64,000 nucleotides of DNA. It comes from Lama glama (Eukaryota). The notes under the pieces were generated by a model, which had not been told where the DNA came from, did no database searches, and saw only the letters and a list, made by a program, of their open reading frames with translations. A program made the position numbers and the translations under genes. Shown here piece by piece: positions 23,900-35,764 of the stretch (positions are counted from its first letter, which is position 1; each line of letters begins with the position of its first letter). Where the stretch lies: contig CM052817.1 in NCBI GenBank assembly GCA_028534125.1, positions 80,106,001 to 80,170,000 of the forward strand, written 5' to 3'.

Positions 23900-26529
23900 T
23901 AGTGAGTCTATACTGATGGACTTAACTCTGGTTTGTTTACAAACTGATAGTTTATATCTCACTTATTTCCTAATGGAAATAGCTAATTTTTCTAATCATG
24001 AAATTATTGTTTGGAAAAAAAATCTAGATAATTCAGAAAACTATAAAAAAGAAATAAAAATCCCTCTTAATCCTACCTCCTAAAAATGAACAGTATTGTA
24101 GTGTATATCTTTTCAGACTTTCCTAAGTGTGCTCACACAATGTAACTGGATACATTAATGACAATATTGATGATGACAATATTTGTTGATACTGTGCTAT
24201 GGAAATTTGGGAGAAGTGCCTGCAAGAGAACGAAGATTTTCCTTGAGGAGCAGCTCTATATTTGTTGCGGTGCTGTAAAAGTACTTAGTGAAACCTAAGA
24301 ATTCTTTGCCTCAGAATATGTGACAGTGTTAAGTCTGAAAATGTTTAAGTGTTGTTATTAATCATTTGACTCTGACTTTAAGAACTTCACCGTGGCGTAA
24401 CTATAGTTACTTTGAAGCCCATAAGACTTTAACATTTTTGCAGTTTTTCAGGGTAATTTCAACCATGGAGAGTGTGATCAAATCAGGGCAGTTTTTATAA
24501 CCTACTAAAGTGTTTGATTAGGCAAGTAAGAATTTTTTGAAAAGTATCTGATTATCTTTTTTGTTGTTGTTCTGAGTATTTCTAGAAAAAGACTTCTTTC
24601 CTCTAAAGACTGCACATACCTCATAGCATCTCTAGTTTGTTAGTTACCTTATGTTCCTTATATTTATTTTGTTTGCTTATATGGGCATGTGTTTCTAAGT
24701 CTTTTTATATTTTGGAGGAGCTTTTTTTTCGGTTGTGGCATTCTATTCCAGTTTGTGACCTAGCCAGTATCTTCATAAGGTGCTTTAGAGAAAGTTTAAC
24801 CCTTGTAGGTAATGGAAGAAATCGAATTCTTGAGTTGGAAATTTAGGGTTTTTTAAAGAGCTTTAGTACAGAAATATGGTAACTTTTATCTCCAAAGCAT
24901 TGATTCATAGTCAGTCTTATTTAGTAGGCTCTGAAGACTCTTTTCATTAGTCCTTTGATCTTTCTAATCTGACCCAGTGTGTACAGGAAAAGAGGTTTGA
25001 GAAGTTAGAACAGATAGGAAAAGGAAAGTTAGAAGACATATTTATGGGCCTTTGAATACTTTATTCTTTGTGGAGAAAATCAATTTTATTTCATTCTGTT
25101 TGGTTACTATCAGTTTCTATTTTAGAGGACTTACAGCTAGGGGAGACTATAGGTTCTGTAGCCCACAAAGCAGATGCAAACATCCTGGTGCACTGCAGTC
25201 TAGGACAAAGTCCCTTTCTGTCTAGTTTTTTTATGCTTCACAAGAAATGGTGTGTTTGGTCATGGAAATGAATTCCCTAGCTATCAAGAAGCAGAAGTAT
25301 CAGTGGATAACTTTGCTTCCTTCATTCCATTAGGTAACAGTGAAGAGTCTGGATTACCATTTAGGCATTGCTTTGGACTTGCCCATCTAGGCAAGGATTC
25401 ATTCTTCAGCATCCTTCATCAGACAGTTTTTGACTTTCTAATACATTTCATGCATTCTAGAAGGCTGTAGGATTCTTGCTGTCTAGAAACACAGTCTGAT
25501 GAAGGGAAGATTTTGTAAACAACTACTTATACAGTGAGATACATGCTCATAAAACTGTGGAAAATGTAGTTATCTCCTCTGAAGAAAGGAGACTGTGGTT
25601 ATATAGAAAAAGTGACATCTAAGAAGAATCTTAAAGAAAAAGCAGGAATTGTACAGTTAAAATGAGGGCATGAGAAGGTGGGAAAAGGAAAACATTCTTT
25701 CATCTAATTCTCACACCAACACTGTGATAAAAATATCAGATAGACTCAAAAGAGGTCTCATAGCTAATATGTGGCAGAACTAGAATTTAAACTCAAGATC
25801 ATCTTACTCCAAATCCATGCTCTTAACCAAAATTAAATCATAAAATAGATTTTTATCAGGGTGGTGTAAGGCTTTTTGGTTTAATTTCAGTCTGTGAAAC
25901 TAAGGTTAGGATCAATTTTTAGAGTAGAAAATACCTGTATCTTTTCACAGGTAATTATAATCCAGAAATAAAGTTGTGTCCTAAGACTTTCAGGAGAAAA
26001 GTGATAATATAACTCACATACTAGGTATAAATAGGACCATCTACTTTTCATGGGCACGGTAGTACCCTAAAGAACTTCAGGAAAATGGCAAGAAAATTTA
26101 AGAAATTCTCCCATTTACTTTGTTATATTTAATTGAAAAAGTTGTGGAAGGATCAGAAGGTTAAGTGGAGAAGACTTTTTATGTGAAGATATATACACAT
26201 TTTAAAAAGGATATACTTGGTGCATACAAGCAGTAAATAAATATTAACTGCTGTTAATGTAACTTAATTTCAGATTATCAGGTATTGCATTGATCTTCTG
26301 TCTCCCCTAATCTAGTAATGAATCAGATTATGAAAAGGTAATTTTTAAAAAGATTAGTCTTATAATTAAAGTGTCCAGTAGGGAAAATACATGGTTTTGT
26401 GTATACTTGTCTTAAATACTAGTGTATGTTGTATTATGTAGTGTTGTTTTCTAACTTTATATAGCAGAATAAAGCTTATGAACAGTGTGCTAGAATTTTT
26501 TGCAAGGGATTTTTCCAAAGAGGCAGGGG

Positions 26530-26690
26530 GGCATAGTAGAAAACGGATTTTGAGAGTTGAACAGACCTGCCTTTAAAATAAGGCTTGTGATCTTGGGCAA
26601 GTTCTTTGCTTTATATAAACCTTAGTTTTCCCCATTTGTAAATTGAAGGGGGTTCTGGTATATGATATCTAAGAGCCATTTTAAATATGA
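26530..26690 (+). mobile_element. MIR SINE fragment
   Basis: MIR-like sequence 'tgtgatcttgggcaagtt...ccttagttttccccatttgtaaattgaaggg'. Confidence 0.6.
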
Positions 26691-26704
26691 CATTCCCTGG
26701 ATAC

Positions 26705-26815
26705 AAGGGAGAAGAAAGAAAGAAATGGGAAAAAAGAAAAGTAGGGAGGAAAGAAGGAAGGCAAGGAAGGCAAGGAAGGCTAGGAAGGACTAGAAAAGGG
26801 GAAAATAACAAGGAA
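26705..26815 (+). repeat. Purine-rich low-complexity tract with GGAAGGCAA units
   Basis: 'gaaggaaggcaaggaaggcaaggaaggctaggaagg' within a GA-rich run. Confidence 0.8.
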
Positions 26816-28184
26816 GTTCCCAAGTTACTCACAAAACCTGCCCTGGCCTCATTAGCTACTTACATACATCTGGCCTTTCTACCTTTCATCGTCTTCTCTC
26901 TTGTACTTGTTTGAATGATTTAAACTTAGGTAGTTGGTCAGGGTTTTCTCCCACAGTTTTCTTAGAAATAATGCTACAAAGTAGACTAATGCTGATTGTG
27001 AAGTTAACTGCATTTTCTCATTGGAGCAGTTTTATAGTTTCTAAGGACTTGAGTAAATTATACATTTAGTTAATAGTGTAATTCAGAAAGAAAGATAAAA
27101 CAACTTTAAAACTCTGTGAGAATTAAAATTGTAGAATTATGCTCCAAGTGCTGTAGAATGGGCATAAGTGTATCCAACTTAGTGAGCATCCAAGGGCATA
27201 CCTGATGTGTGCATTGAGCAGGGGAAGGGAAAACTCAGCTGTACTATAAATTTGAACTACGTACTCCTAGTTCTAAATAAAAAGAATTCAACATTTAATG
27301 TTGCCTCCTAACTGAATTTAGAGGAGTTGTTAGAGGGTACATTGAATGGTTCTCAGTCATTTAAAATGAGTGCCTAAGACTGTTGGAACTGATGCTGCCC
27401 CACCTTTTTTTTGTTAATATGGTTAGTGTCCTTGGGCAAGTAGAAGCAGTCCCAATTAATATATTATGACTTGGAATTACACACAGAGTTAGAATCATTG
27501 TTTTAACAAAAAGAGTCATGGTAAAATCTTAATACGTGGAGGCAATATTAATGATTTCTAGTACAAAATAGTTGCTTAGTAAGTATTTGATCTGAGAAAT
27601 ATATGTGGAAACTGGGAGACATAATGAGACATAATTACCACTCCACTCCCCTCGCTAGAGTAATAAAAATATTTGTTAACCTTGGAGTTTGGTTTTGTCT
27701 TTAAACCCTGGTGAGATTCATCTCCTCCTGTCCTCTGTTGCCTTTAGAAATCCCTGCTTGATGCTGAGGAAACAACTCTTGTATATAGGTAGCGAGGTAT
27801 AAGTGTTCTGTGATGCCTTAAATAACTGCTGCTCTTTTCTTGAACATTTCCAGTCTTTTTTTGGCTTCCCATTGGCCAGATGTCTTAGCTATGGTTCTAA
27901 CTGGGGACTTGAACCACATCTTGCTTCAAACCAGTGCTTTTTAGGAGGCATTTTCATTGTTTACCAGTATTGCTGCATTTAAGTGGGCTGCATTTAAGCT
28001 TGAGAATTCCGCTGGCATATTTGGGAAATAAGGCACCTTGACTTCCAAATTTGTCAGGACAGTGAGAGACTGCAGCTCCAGGAGATGTATTCCTGAGTAT
28101 GCAGGTTAATTGTTCTCTATTATTTATTCTTCACAGCAGAATTCAGATTCATTTCACATGTTCCCAGTTCCCAACAGATCACTC

Positions 28185-28725
28185 AGAGTTGAAGTTTTCA
28201 GACTTTGTCATGTGTCTGAACCACCTGGAGAACTTAGTAAACTCAATGGCTGGGTGTGCCCTATTCTCAAGAGTTTCTGATTCAGTAAGTCTGGGCTGGT
28301 TCTTGTGCATTCCTAACGTGTTCCCAGCTGATCTAATGCTGACACCGCTTGGTCTAGGACTTTGAGAATCACTGACATAGGTATTGGTTCTTAAACTGTA
28401 TGATGTATCAGGTTCACCTGGGAACCTACGCGCATACACACTCCCTCCCCATACTTAGTTGAATAAGGAGGTGTTTTTCAAGTGATTTTGAAGTAGCCAG
28501 TCTCGCACTTCCCTGTGAACAGTTATTTGTATCACTGATTTAGGCCAGTGGTTCTCCTGTGTTAAATCTGTGTGAGAATCACTTGCAGAACTTGTTAAAA
28601 CACAGTTCTGGGCCTCATCCTGCTGGTTTATTAGATCAGGGTGGGGTCCAAGAATTTGCATTTCTGTCAAATTACGGGTGATAGCAATGCTGCTGGTCCA
28701 AGGGCTGCACTATGAGAGCCACTGA
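28185..28725. mobile_element. Cluster of two to three adjacent MER5-type hAT-Charlie elements
   Basis: Copies at about 28185-28374 (ends ctttgagaatcactg), about 28382-28520 (partial) and about 28546-28724 (cagtggttctc...tgagagccactg), each with the 'aatcacctgg/aacttgttaaaa' core. Confidence 0.7.
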
Positions 28726-30599
28726 TCTAGGCCATCTAGCTCTCCAATTTCTGAAGGTTCTCTGTAACTGATTTTAAATGACTGTTTTAACTTTAGGTAG
28801 TGTAAATTCTCTGACTCTGATAGTGTTGAATTTCTTCCTAGAGTTTTTATGTGTACTAGTCTGAACTCCTATATCATTTAACTCTCCCACTCTAGGAGAA
28901 AATGAATGTCTTGCAGGTATGTCTTATGGTTCTGAATAAAACTTTAAAATGACAATTCTGACAGATGGAAAAGCCACAATTAAGGGAAGAGTTAAGAAAT
29001 AACAATTTAAGAATACAAGGAAGAATGTAGATGTGTGTTTTTCCTAGAACATTTATTTGCTTATTATTTGTAGGCCAATATAGTCTCTGACCTCTTTGTG
29101 TGTTGGCTGTCTGATGGTTTTCCTTCTTCCAGGACTGCCTTCTAATCGGGGAAGCTCTGCCCTTTTTAACAAAAAGTGATGCACAGATGTATAGTAACAG
29201 CATACACTGAAGTGATCCAGAATTTCCTAAAACCTAAGTGAACTATGTTACTGATCAGTTTAGTAATCTAAAGTTATTGTTTAATAGGATAGTAATCTAA
29301 TCAGCAAATCCCTGTGGTATATATGTTTCTGCATTCTTTTCCAGAGGACAGAAAGTTTATAGGCTATTCCAGAGTTTGTAAGAGTGATAGTGCATCTTTC
29401 GCAGTGTGCTTACTCCCAACTCTTCTAATCTTTTATTGCAGTGTTACTAAATATTTTCCATATTTTAAACTTTGTCTCCATAATTAATAAGAAAGTTGGA
29501 AATACTGCAGTAGTGTTGCTTTCAACACTTGGATCTCTTATTATCTGAGCAGATACAATCTTTAATGTTGAGGGTTGGGTGTGAAACTGATTTTCAAATG
29601 TTATGTTTTCTTTATGATTAATTTTTGAGCTAGAGTGTGGTTTGATAAGTCATGACTTGTCCAAAAGCCTAATGTTTTGTAGCTCACCTTTTTAAGCAGA
29701 GCAGCTGCATTTTGAAATGTTTTATCTCAAGCAGACAAGCTGTTTATAAGCTCAACTCTGACACATCCTGACATTTAATGTCTGTGTTTGTATCTCTCCT
29801 GGGATTAGGCTGCCTTTCTAATTAATTAGTTGCATAGCCTTTTATTAATTCCCTCAAAATTTATAATGTTTTAAATTAACAGCATAGATAAGCATACCAC
29901 ACTTTTTTAGAAAACATGAAATGTTAATTATGTAGCAGAGACATGAATTATATAAACTCTGCTGAATGTTAGAAGATGCTTAGCAACAATGTTTTCCAAA
30001 TGCAGGGATTTATTATAAACTTATCCTTCTAAGGCTGCCTGTGCCATTTCAGGAGAGTGAATATAAATAGAGCTTGATTTCTTCAAGAAGTGGACTCAGT
30101 CATTTTGTTTACAGTGGAAGGAAGTATTTGCTTCACATCTCTAAGAATTTATCTTTAGCATCCTTGTTGATTACACATCATTTCAACATGTTCATACCAA
30201 ATACTTGGGCCTTGGTAAGATAGCATCACAGAACAGGAAGAATTAAAACTCTCATTTAAACAATGATTTTGTCATTATTACACTTACATTAGGTATGGTA
30301 AAAATACTGAATCTAATTACTATTACATAACTTTTTTTTTGAAATGGAAAACTTTGTTTGTCTTGTACCAGGGTTCTGAGATATTTATAGCTGTGAGGCC
30401 TCCCTCCCACCCTTCATTTGCTTATTTTAACAGGAATTTATGGAGGATCTACTACGTACAGTCCAGCTCTTAAGAAAGGTTCTCTTTCTAACATTTTCCA
30501 CTATTTTCTTTATTGATTCTGCCAGTGTTGTTTTCTAACTTAGAATTAAAATACTGATTCTATAAAAATTCAGTATTTTCAAATAAAGTCCAAGGAAAT

Positions 30600-30800
30600 A
30601 GTGGGGTTCAGTGGAAAGCTCTAGGTCACAAATGCTAACACTGCCCCTTATCAGCTAAGAGTCATTGGGCAAGTCATTTAACCTCTTGAACTGTTTCCCT
30701 GACTGCTAAATAGGGATAACATTTTTTAAAGAGTTCTTAGGAGGTTTAAAAGTAAAGTCTGGCAACAGTGTTCAATGTTTATACAGGCCCTTGATAAGTG
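30600..30800 (+). mobile_element. MIR SINE fragment
   Basis: MIR-like sequence 'ttgggcaagtcatttaacctcttgaactgtttccctgactgctaaatagggataac'. Confidence 0.65.
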
Positions 30801-31894
30801 ACACTCTCTCTTTGAAAACAAATTCGTATTTTGTGTGTATTTATGTAGTTCCCTGGTAGAAGCTTAGTTTGATTTTGGCAGGATTCTTGATTTTATGAAG
30901 TATTCCTGATTATCCTAGTTCTGTCCAAGGCTATCAGGGAAATCTGGCAGAACCCTTTACCTTGCTAAGGCAGTGATTTTCCCTGAATCTGGAGCGTGAA
31001 AGTCTTGCCCATCAGTAGAAATATACAGACAAAGATAGGTACAGACTTGATTTGGGAGTGCCTTCCTGACAGATTTTCTTGCTGAGTGTGAGAGCCCTCA
31101 TGTTACACATTATCAAAGTCACAGTCTCTTCCCTCCCCTATGCACCTCATCCCATATGAGTCTACTGTAGGCCTGCAGTAGAGCAACAATATTAAATTGA
31201 TGTAGGTATCATGGTTACTGCTCTGATTAATGCATTTTATAAGAGATCATATCTTTACTCATTATTGTAGTTGGTTAAATAAGCAGTAATTATGCAATAT
31301 AATATCTTGTAAAACAGTGAATTTTCCCCTCTGTTTTGTAATTCTGAAATACAGTGATGGTTATATTTGTGATAGAGGGATTTTTCCTACTGGTTAGATA
31401 TTATGGATATTATATAAGAGGTGGAGTTTTTTTTTTTGTCAGTTAAGTGGGAATCTTAATATTACTTTTGCTGTTCATTTGGAATGACTAGAGCTGAATG
31501 GTTTGTTTCAGAAAAACAGGTGGTAGTTTTGATTCTGTTTAAGCTCTAAGTGATATATATACCATTTACTTCACTAGTGGAAAATTTTCTGAGTTGCCTT
31601 GCCAAGGCTATAAATGTAGAAAACGTGAGGAAAGATTTTCTTCTAATTAAAACAATCACAAAAATAAAATCAGTCTATCTAAATGAAAGTCACTTGAAGA
31701 GATAACTTAATTCCTTTCTTCTTTATCTAATGCTGTCAGCTCTATTTTCAAAATTTATTGAGTTTGAGCTTTAAAAAATTTTTTTTTAATTAAAGCTATT
31801 TTCATTGCTCTTTTCTGGACTATTGGAGTATCTTCTTCCTGCCCACTCTATCCTCCACCTCCTGCCCCTGTTTATTCTTTACACTGTTGAAGCT

Positions 31895-32730
31895 GCAGGA
31901 CTTTGAATTGCAGGTTTTGGAGATGCGGAGATCTTGGTTAGAGATATGAATTAGCAGTTTGTCATCAGTTAGATGGTGACTGAAGCCATTGAAATGAGTG
32001 AAATCACTTAGAATGAGTAAAGTTCATTCATTCATTCATTTGAGCCAGGTATTGTACTGGGTGCTGGGGCTTCTCAGTGAATAAGAGAGATTTGGCCTCT
32101 CTCCTGTTAAAGCTCAAGATGCACAGGGAAGTATAGCAGTGTAACAGGTAGTTAAAATACATTGTATTGTATTTGAATGGTCAGGGAGGTTTTAGTGTAC
32201 TGATGAGAATCAGGTCTTGAGACCAGGTGCCTGGGGACCATCACCATTCAAAGGTAGAGTTGTTAGAAAAGGTCTGGTATAGGAGACTAAGGAGTGATTA
32301 GAGAGATGGGAGGAGAACCCCCCAAAATGGTGATGCAAGTGAGGGAAGGTTTCAGAGAGAAAGTAATTAGAAATAATACATTATTAATTATCTCTGATTG
32401 AGTACTTACAATGTGTCAACTGTTGTTTGAAGTCCCTTAGCACATATTAACGATTCCTTACTCCGTTATATGGTTATCTTCATTTTATAGGTGCAAAAAC
32501 TTAGGTCAGAGAGGTTATGGAGCTTTACCAAGATCACCCAGGAAATAAATAGTGGAGCCAGGATCAACAACATAGAGACCACAGTGACATCAAGTGCTTA
32601 GTTTCTTACCTGGGAGATCATGGGGCCCTTGGAAGAGAGTAGTTCTAGTGGGGTCCTGTGGCTAGTTGCTAGATTGCAGTAAATTGAGGGGTGATTGAAA
32701 ATTGAGGGAACAGAAGTAGTGATTATGAAT
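31895..32730 (-). mobile_element. Mosaic of L2 fragments with an inserted MIR (about 32380-32570)
   Basis: L2 motif 'gatggtgactgaagccattgaaatgagtgaaatcacttag', (TTCA)n L2 tail at 32023-32040, and MIR core 'cattttataggtgcaaaaacttaggtcagagaggtt'. Confidence 0.55.
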
Positions 32731-35700
32731 TACTTTTTCAGTTTTAATGGAGTGTTATTTAGAGTTTTGGTACCTTCCAAAAAAAGAAATAAATACAGTT
32801 GGCTGCTCTCCCCCTTTGCTACATCTGTGCATCCCGATCCTCACCCTCCTCAGGTCAAAACCAGATCAGACTGTGTTCCTTCATTATTTTCTTGGGTCCT
32901 CTCCTCTTATGTGGGCCTTGCTCTTGTCCACCAAGCTATAGATCTTCAACCTCTGTTGGCATAAGAATTGTGCTCTAAACAACTAAATCCCCCCCCCCCC
33001 TTTTTTAAACTCAGCATTTTAGTACAGTTGGTAAGTTAGGTAAGTAAATAATTTGATATTAAAAAATTGAAAATAAAAGCTATATTTTAGGAAAGTCTCT
33101 TGAAACCTGGGGCTGGTGAAGTGTATTAATTCTGATGTCATAGAAGTAGAAGACTCTATCAGAAATCATTTAGTATATTCCTTTATTTCGCAGATGAGGA
33201 CAGACAACGTGATCTGTCCAAACTCAAGCAGTTAGTGAAGTCTTGGCCCAAGAATCAGATCTTGAGACCAGGTGCCTTCCAAGCAACTTTTAAAGTTGAT
33301 TGGGCGTTCAGAAAAGACCTGGCTTCTGCAATCAGTTTAAGTTAAACCAATCATTTGTAGTATAAATAAAGCACAAATTGAGGGTATTCTGTTTAATTTC
33401 TTTTCTATGAATAAGCAATGAGAAGTGGAACTCTCAGTTCCAGATATATCAAGTGATACTTACCACCTTGTCTGTATTTAATACTGAGTTGAGGGAGATT
33501 AAAGACTCCAGATAAAACATTTTCTGGAGTTCTGATACTTTGAGTAAAGTATATTTTAAAAAGGAAGACTTAGATTTTGTTATAGTTGCTTTCATTCTTC
33601 ATGTGCCTGAGTATGCTATTCAGAAATTTCATGCATAACTTTTATAATTCAAATCTGAGATCAAGATGCCCATGTTTCATGTTACTTCTTTATATAATTA
33701 AGTGTCTGTAGAGTAGATACAAATCCTAAAAAGTATTATTACCCCTGTGATCAATTTAGGTTTAGTTTCTAGTAATGGAACTTAATTGCAGTCTCAAAAA
33801 ATAACATAGTTTAGTAGGCATTGAGTATGAAATTGTAAGCTTCCATATGTGTGGGGCAAGATGTCTGAATCTGGAGCAGATGGTTGGGAAGAGCATGAAT
33901 TCAGAGTAATTGCTCTTGTCCAGAACTGATTATATCTGGATAGTGATGTGTGACTTGAGGAGAACATGTCATATACTGGAAAGAATGTGTTGGATTAGGC
34001 TTGCCTGGGGCATTTTGCCTTTTCTCTTCACTGTGTCTTGTTTTCCATCTCAAAACTTTTGAGAGCATTAGAACATAAAGTAATGAAAACAAAATGACAC
34101 ATTTAATTAGCTGCACCTGTTTTTTATTTCAGAGTTGTGTTTCTTAAGAACATTGAAGCATTGCTTCTGTTTTTGCTTACATTTTAAAAATTAACTTTAA
34201 ATCTTAAATTTAGTAAGGAAAGGAAATGCCATAGATTGTTTGCCCTGAGCTATATTCCTTGATGATGTACATGTCTCCATTTCCTCCTCTAATTAATTGC
34301 TTACTTCTGGTTTATAAAAATACACGTATTTTTAAAAATTTGGTTTCTTGGCATGGATTCTAGTGTGGCTTCATTAGGAATGCTGATGTCTAATAATTTA
34401 AGGTTAGCATCATAGAATTTTAAAGCTGAAAAAATAATTTAGAGCAAACATATTTAAATCTTTCCAATTAATAAATGAGGTAACTGATGGCAAGAGGAGG
34501 TAGGTTTTATATAAAGGAACACCTAAGCTAGTGGCAGGTAGAGGATCATGGAGGATTCGTTGCATTAATATGGTAGCTCCAGAGATCTTTAATTTTTTTG
34601 AACTCTGATACACATTTCACATTTAATTCATATAAATTCTGTATATTATTTTCAAGAATAGCATTTGTATAACACAGTGTACCTCTGTATAAGTCTAGAA
34701 TCATGGAACCTCATATTGGAAAAGATTCTGCAGGTCTTTGGTCTATGGCAGGGATTTCCAGGATCCCTTTTACGTTTATAGGCTTTTACAAATCTGTAGT
34801 CATCCCTATTTTCTTCTTCACTTTCTGACAACCTGCCATACTTCATCTTCTCCATATATCTACAAACAAATGAATAGAGTTGGACTTAGATTTATTTAAA
34901 GCATGTTCTTTCATTTTTCTAAAAGTGAACTCTTCAAGGACAGAGATTTTTGTCTTTTATTGTCCTCCAGGGCTTCATAGTCTCTAAAATGAAGTATTAC
35001 GTTCATTCTTGTCCCTAGACCTTTATGTGTGGTCTTCCCTCTGTCGCAAATACTCCACTGCCTCTTTGGCTTCAGTTCCCATGTTAGCAGTTTAATATCA
35101 ACTCACTCTTCAAATCTAACTGCTTGAGCTTAGACACACATTTTAGTCTCTCTTAATTTGTGAAATAAAGGAATATACTAAATGATTTCTGTGAAGGTTA
35201 TGTAACTCTAAACTGTCACTAATCCTACTAAACTGAGTTAGATGTCCCTGACTTGTGTGTTTGTGCCACTTTGTTCTTTCCATGTCATAATACTTGGCAT
35301 AGTTTATAATAATTACTCATTGTTATGAGTCTTCTCTGTTAGACTGTTAGCACTATGAGAGGTTTATCTGCCTTCTTGTTCTTGTGTACTCTAACATGTA
35401 AGAGCTCAAGACGTTGTTGAATAAATTATGCCTAAGAGGTTCTCAGTGAGTATTTTGAATGAATGAATAGAATTGAAGAGTACCTGTGAAAGAGTAGCTT
35501 GTAGTCAATGAATGTATCTTCTCAGTGATTCATGAAACAATATTTTAATATTTACTTTGCTTTAATATGAATTGTATTGAATTGGCAAGTAAGTAATACA
35601 GGTATGGAATAGTGATTCTCTCACTAAGAACTGTTCTTTAAAAATACTGTCGGATTAATTCACATAAGGAATGCTTTTGTTTCTCCTCTAGTTTTGTTCT

Positions 35701-35764
35701 CCTTTGTTTATAGTGGCTTTGTTTATAGTTTTTTCCCTTTTACTTCACTTTTTTTGTATTCTAT

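Noticed and set aside
24160..24346. C/D-box snoRNA-like arrangement: ATGATGA (24170-24176), CTGA (24335-24338) and a weak terminal stem
   Set aside because: It is too long for a typical C/D snoRNA, I see no rRNA or snRNA antisense element, and the box C arises from a short local duplication (ATGACAATATT twice). An Rfam or snoscan search would settle it.
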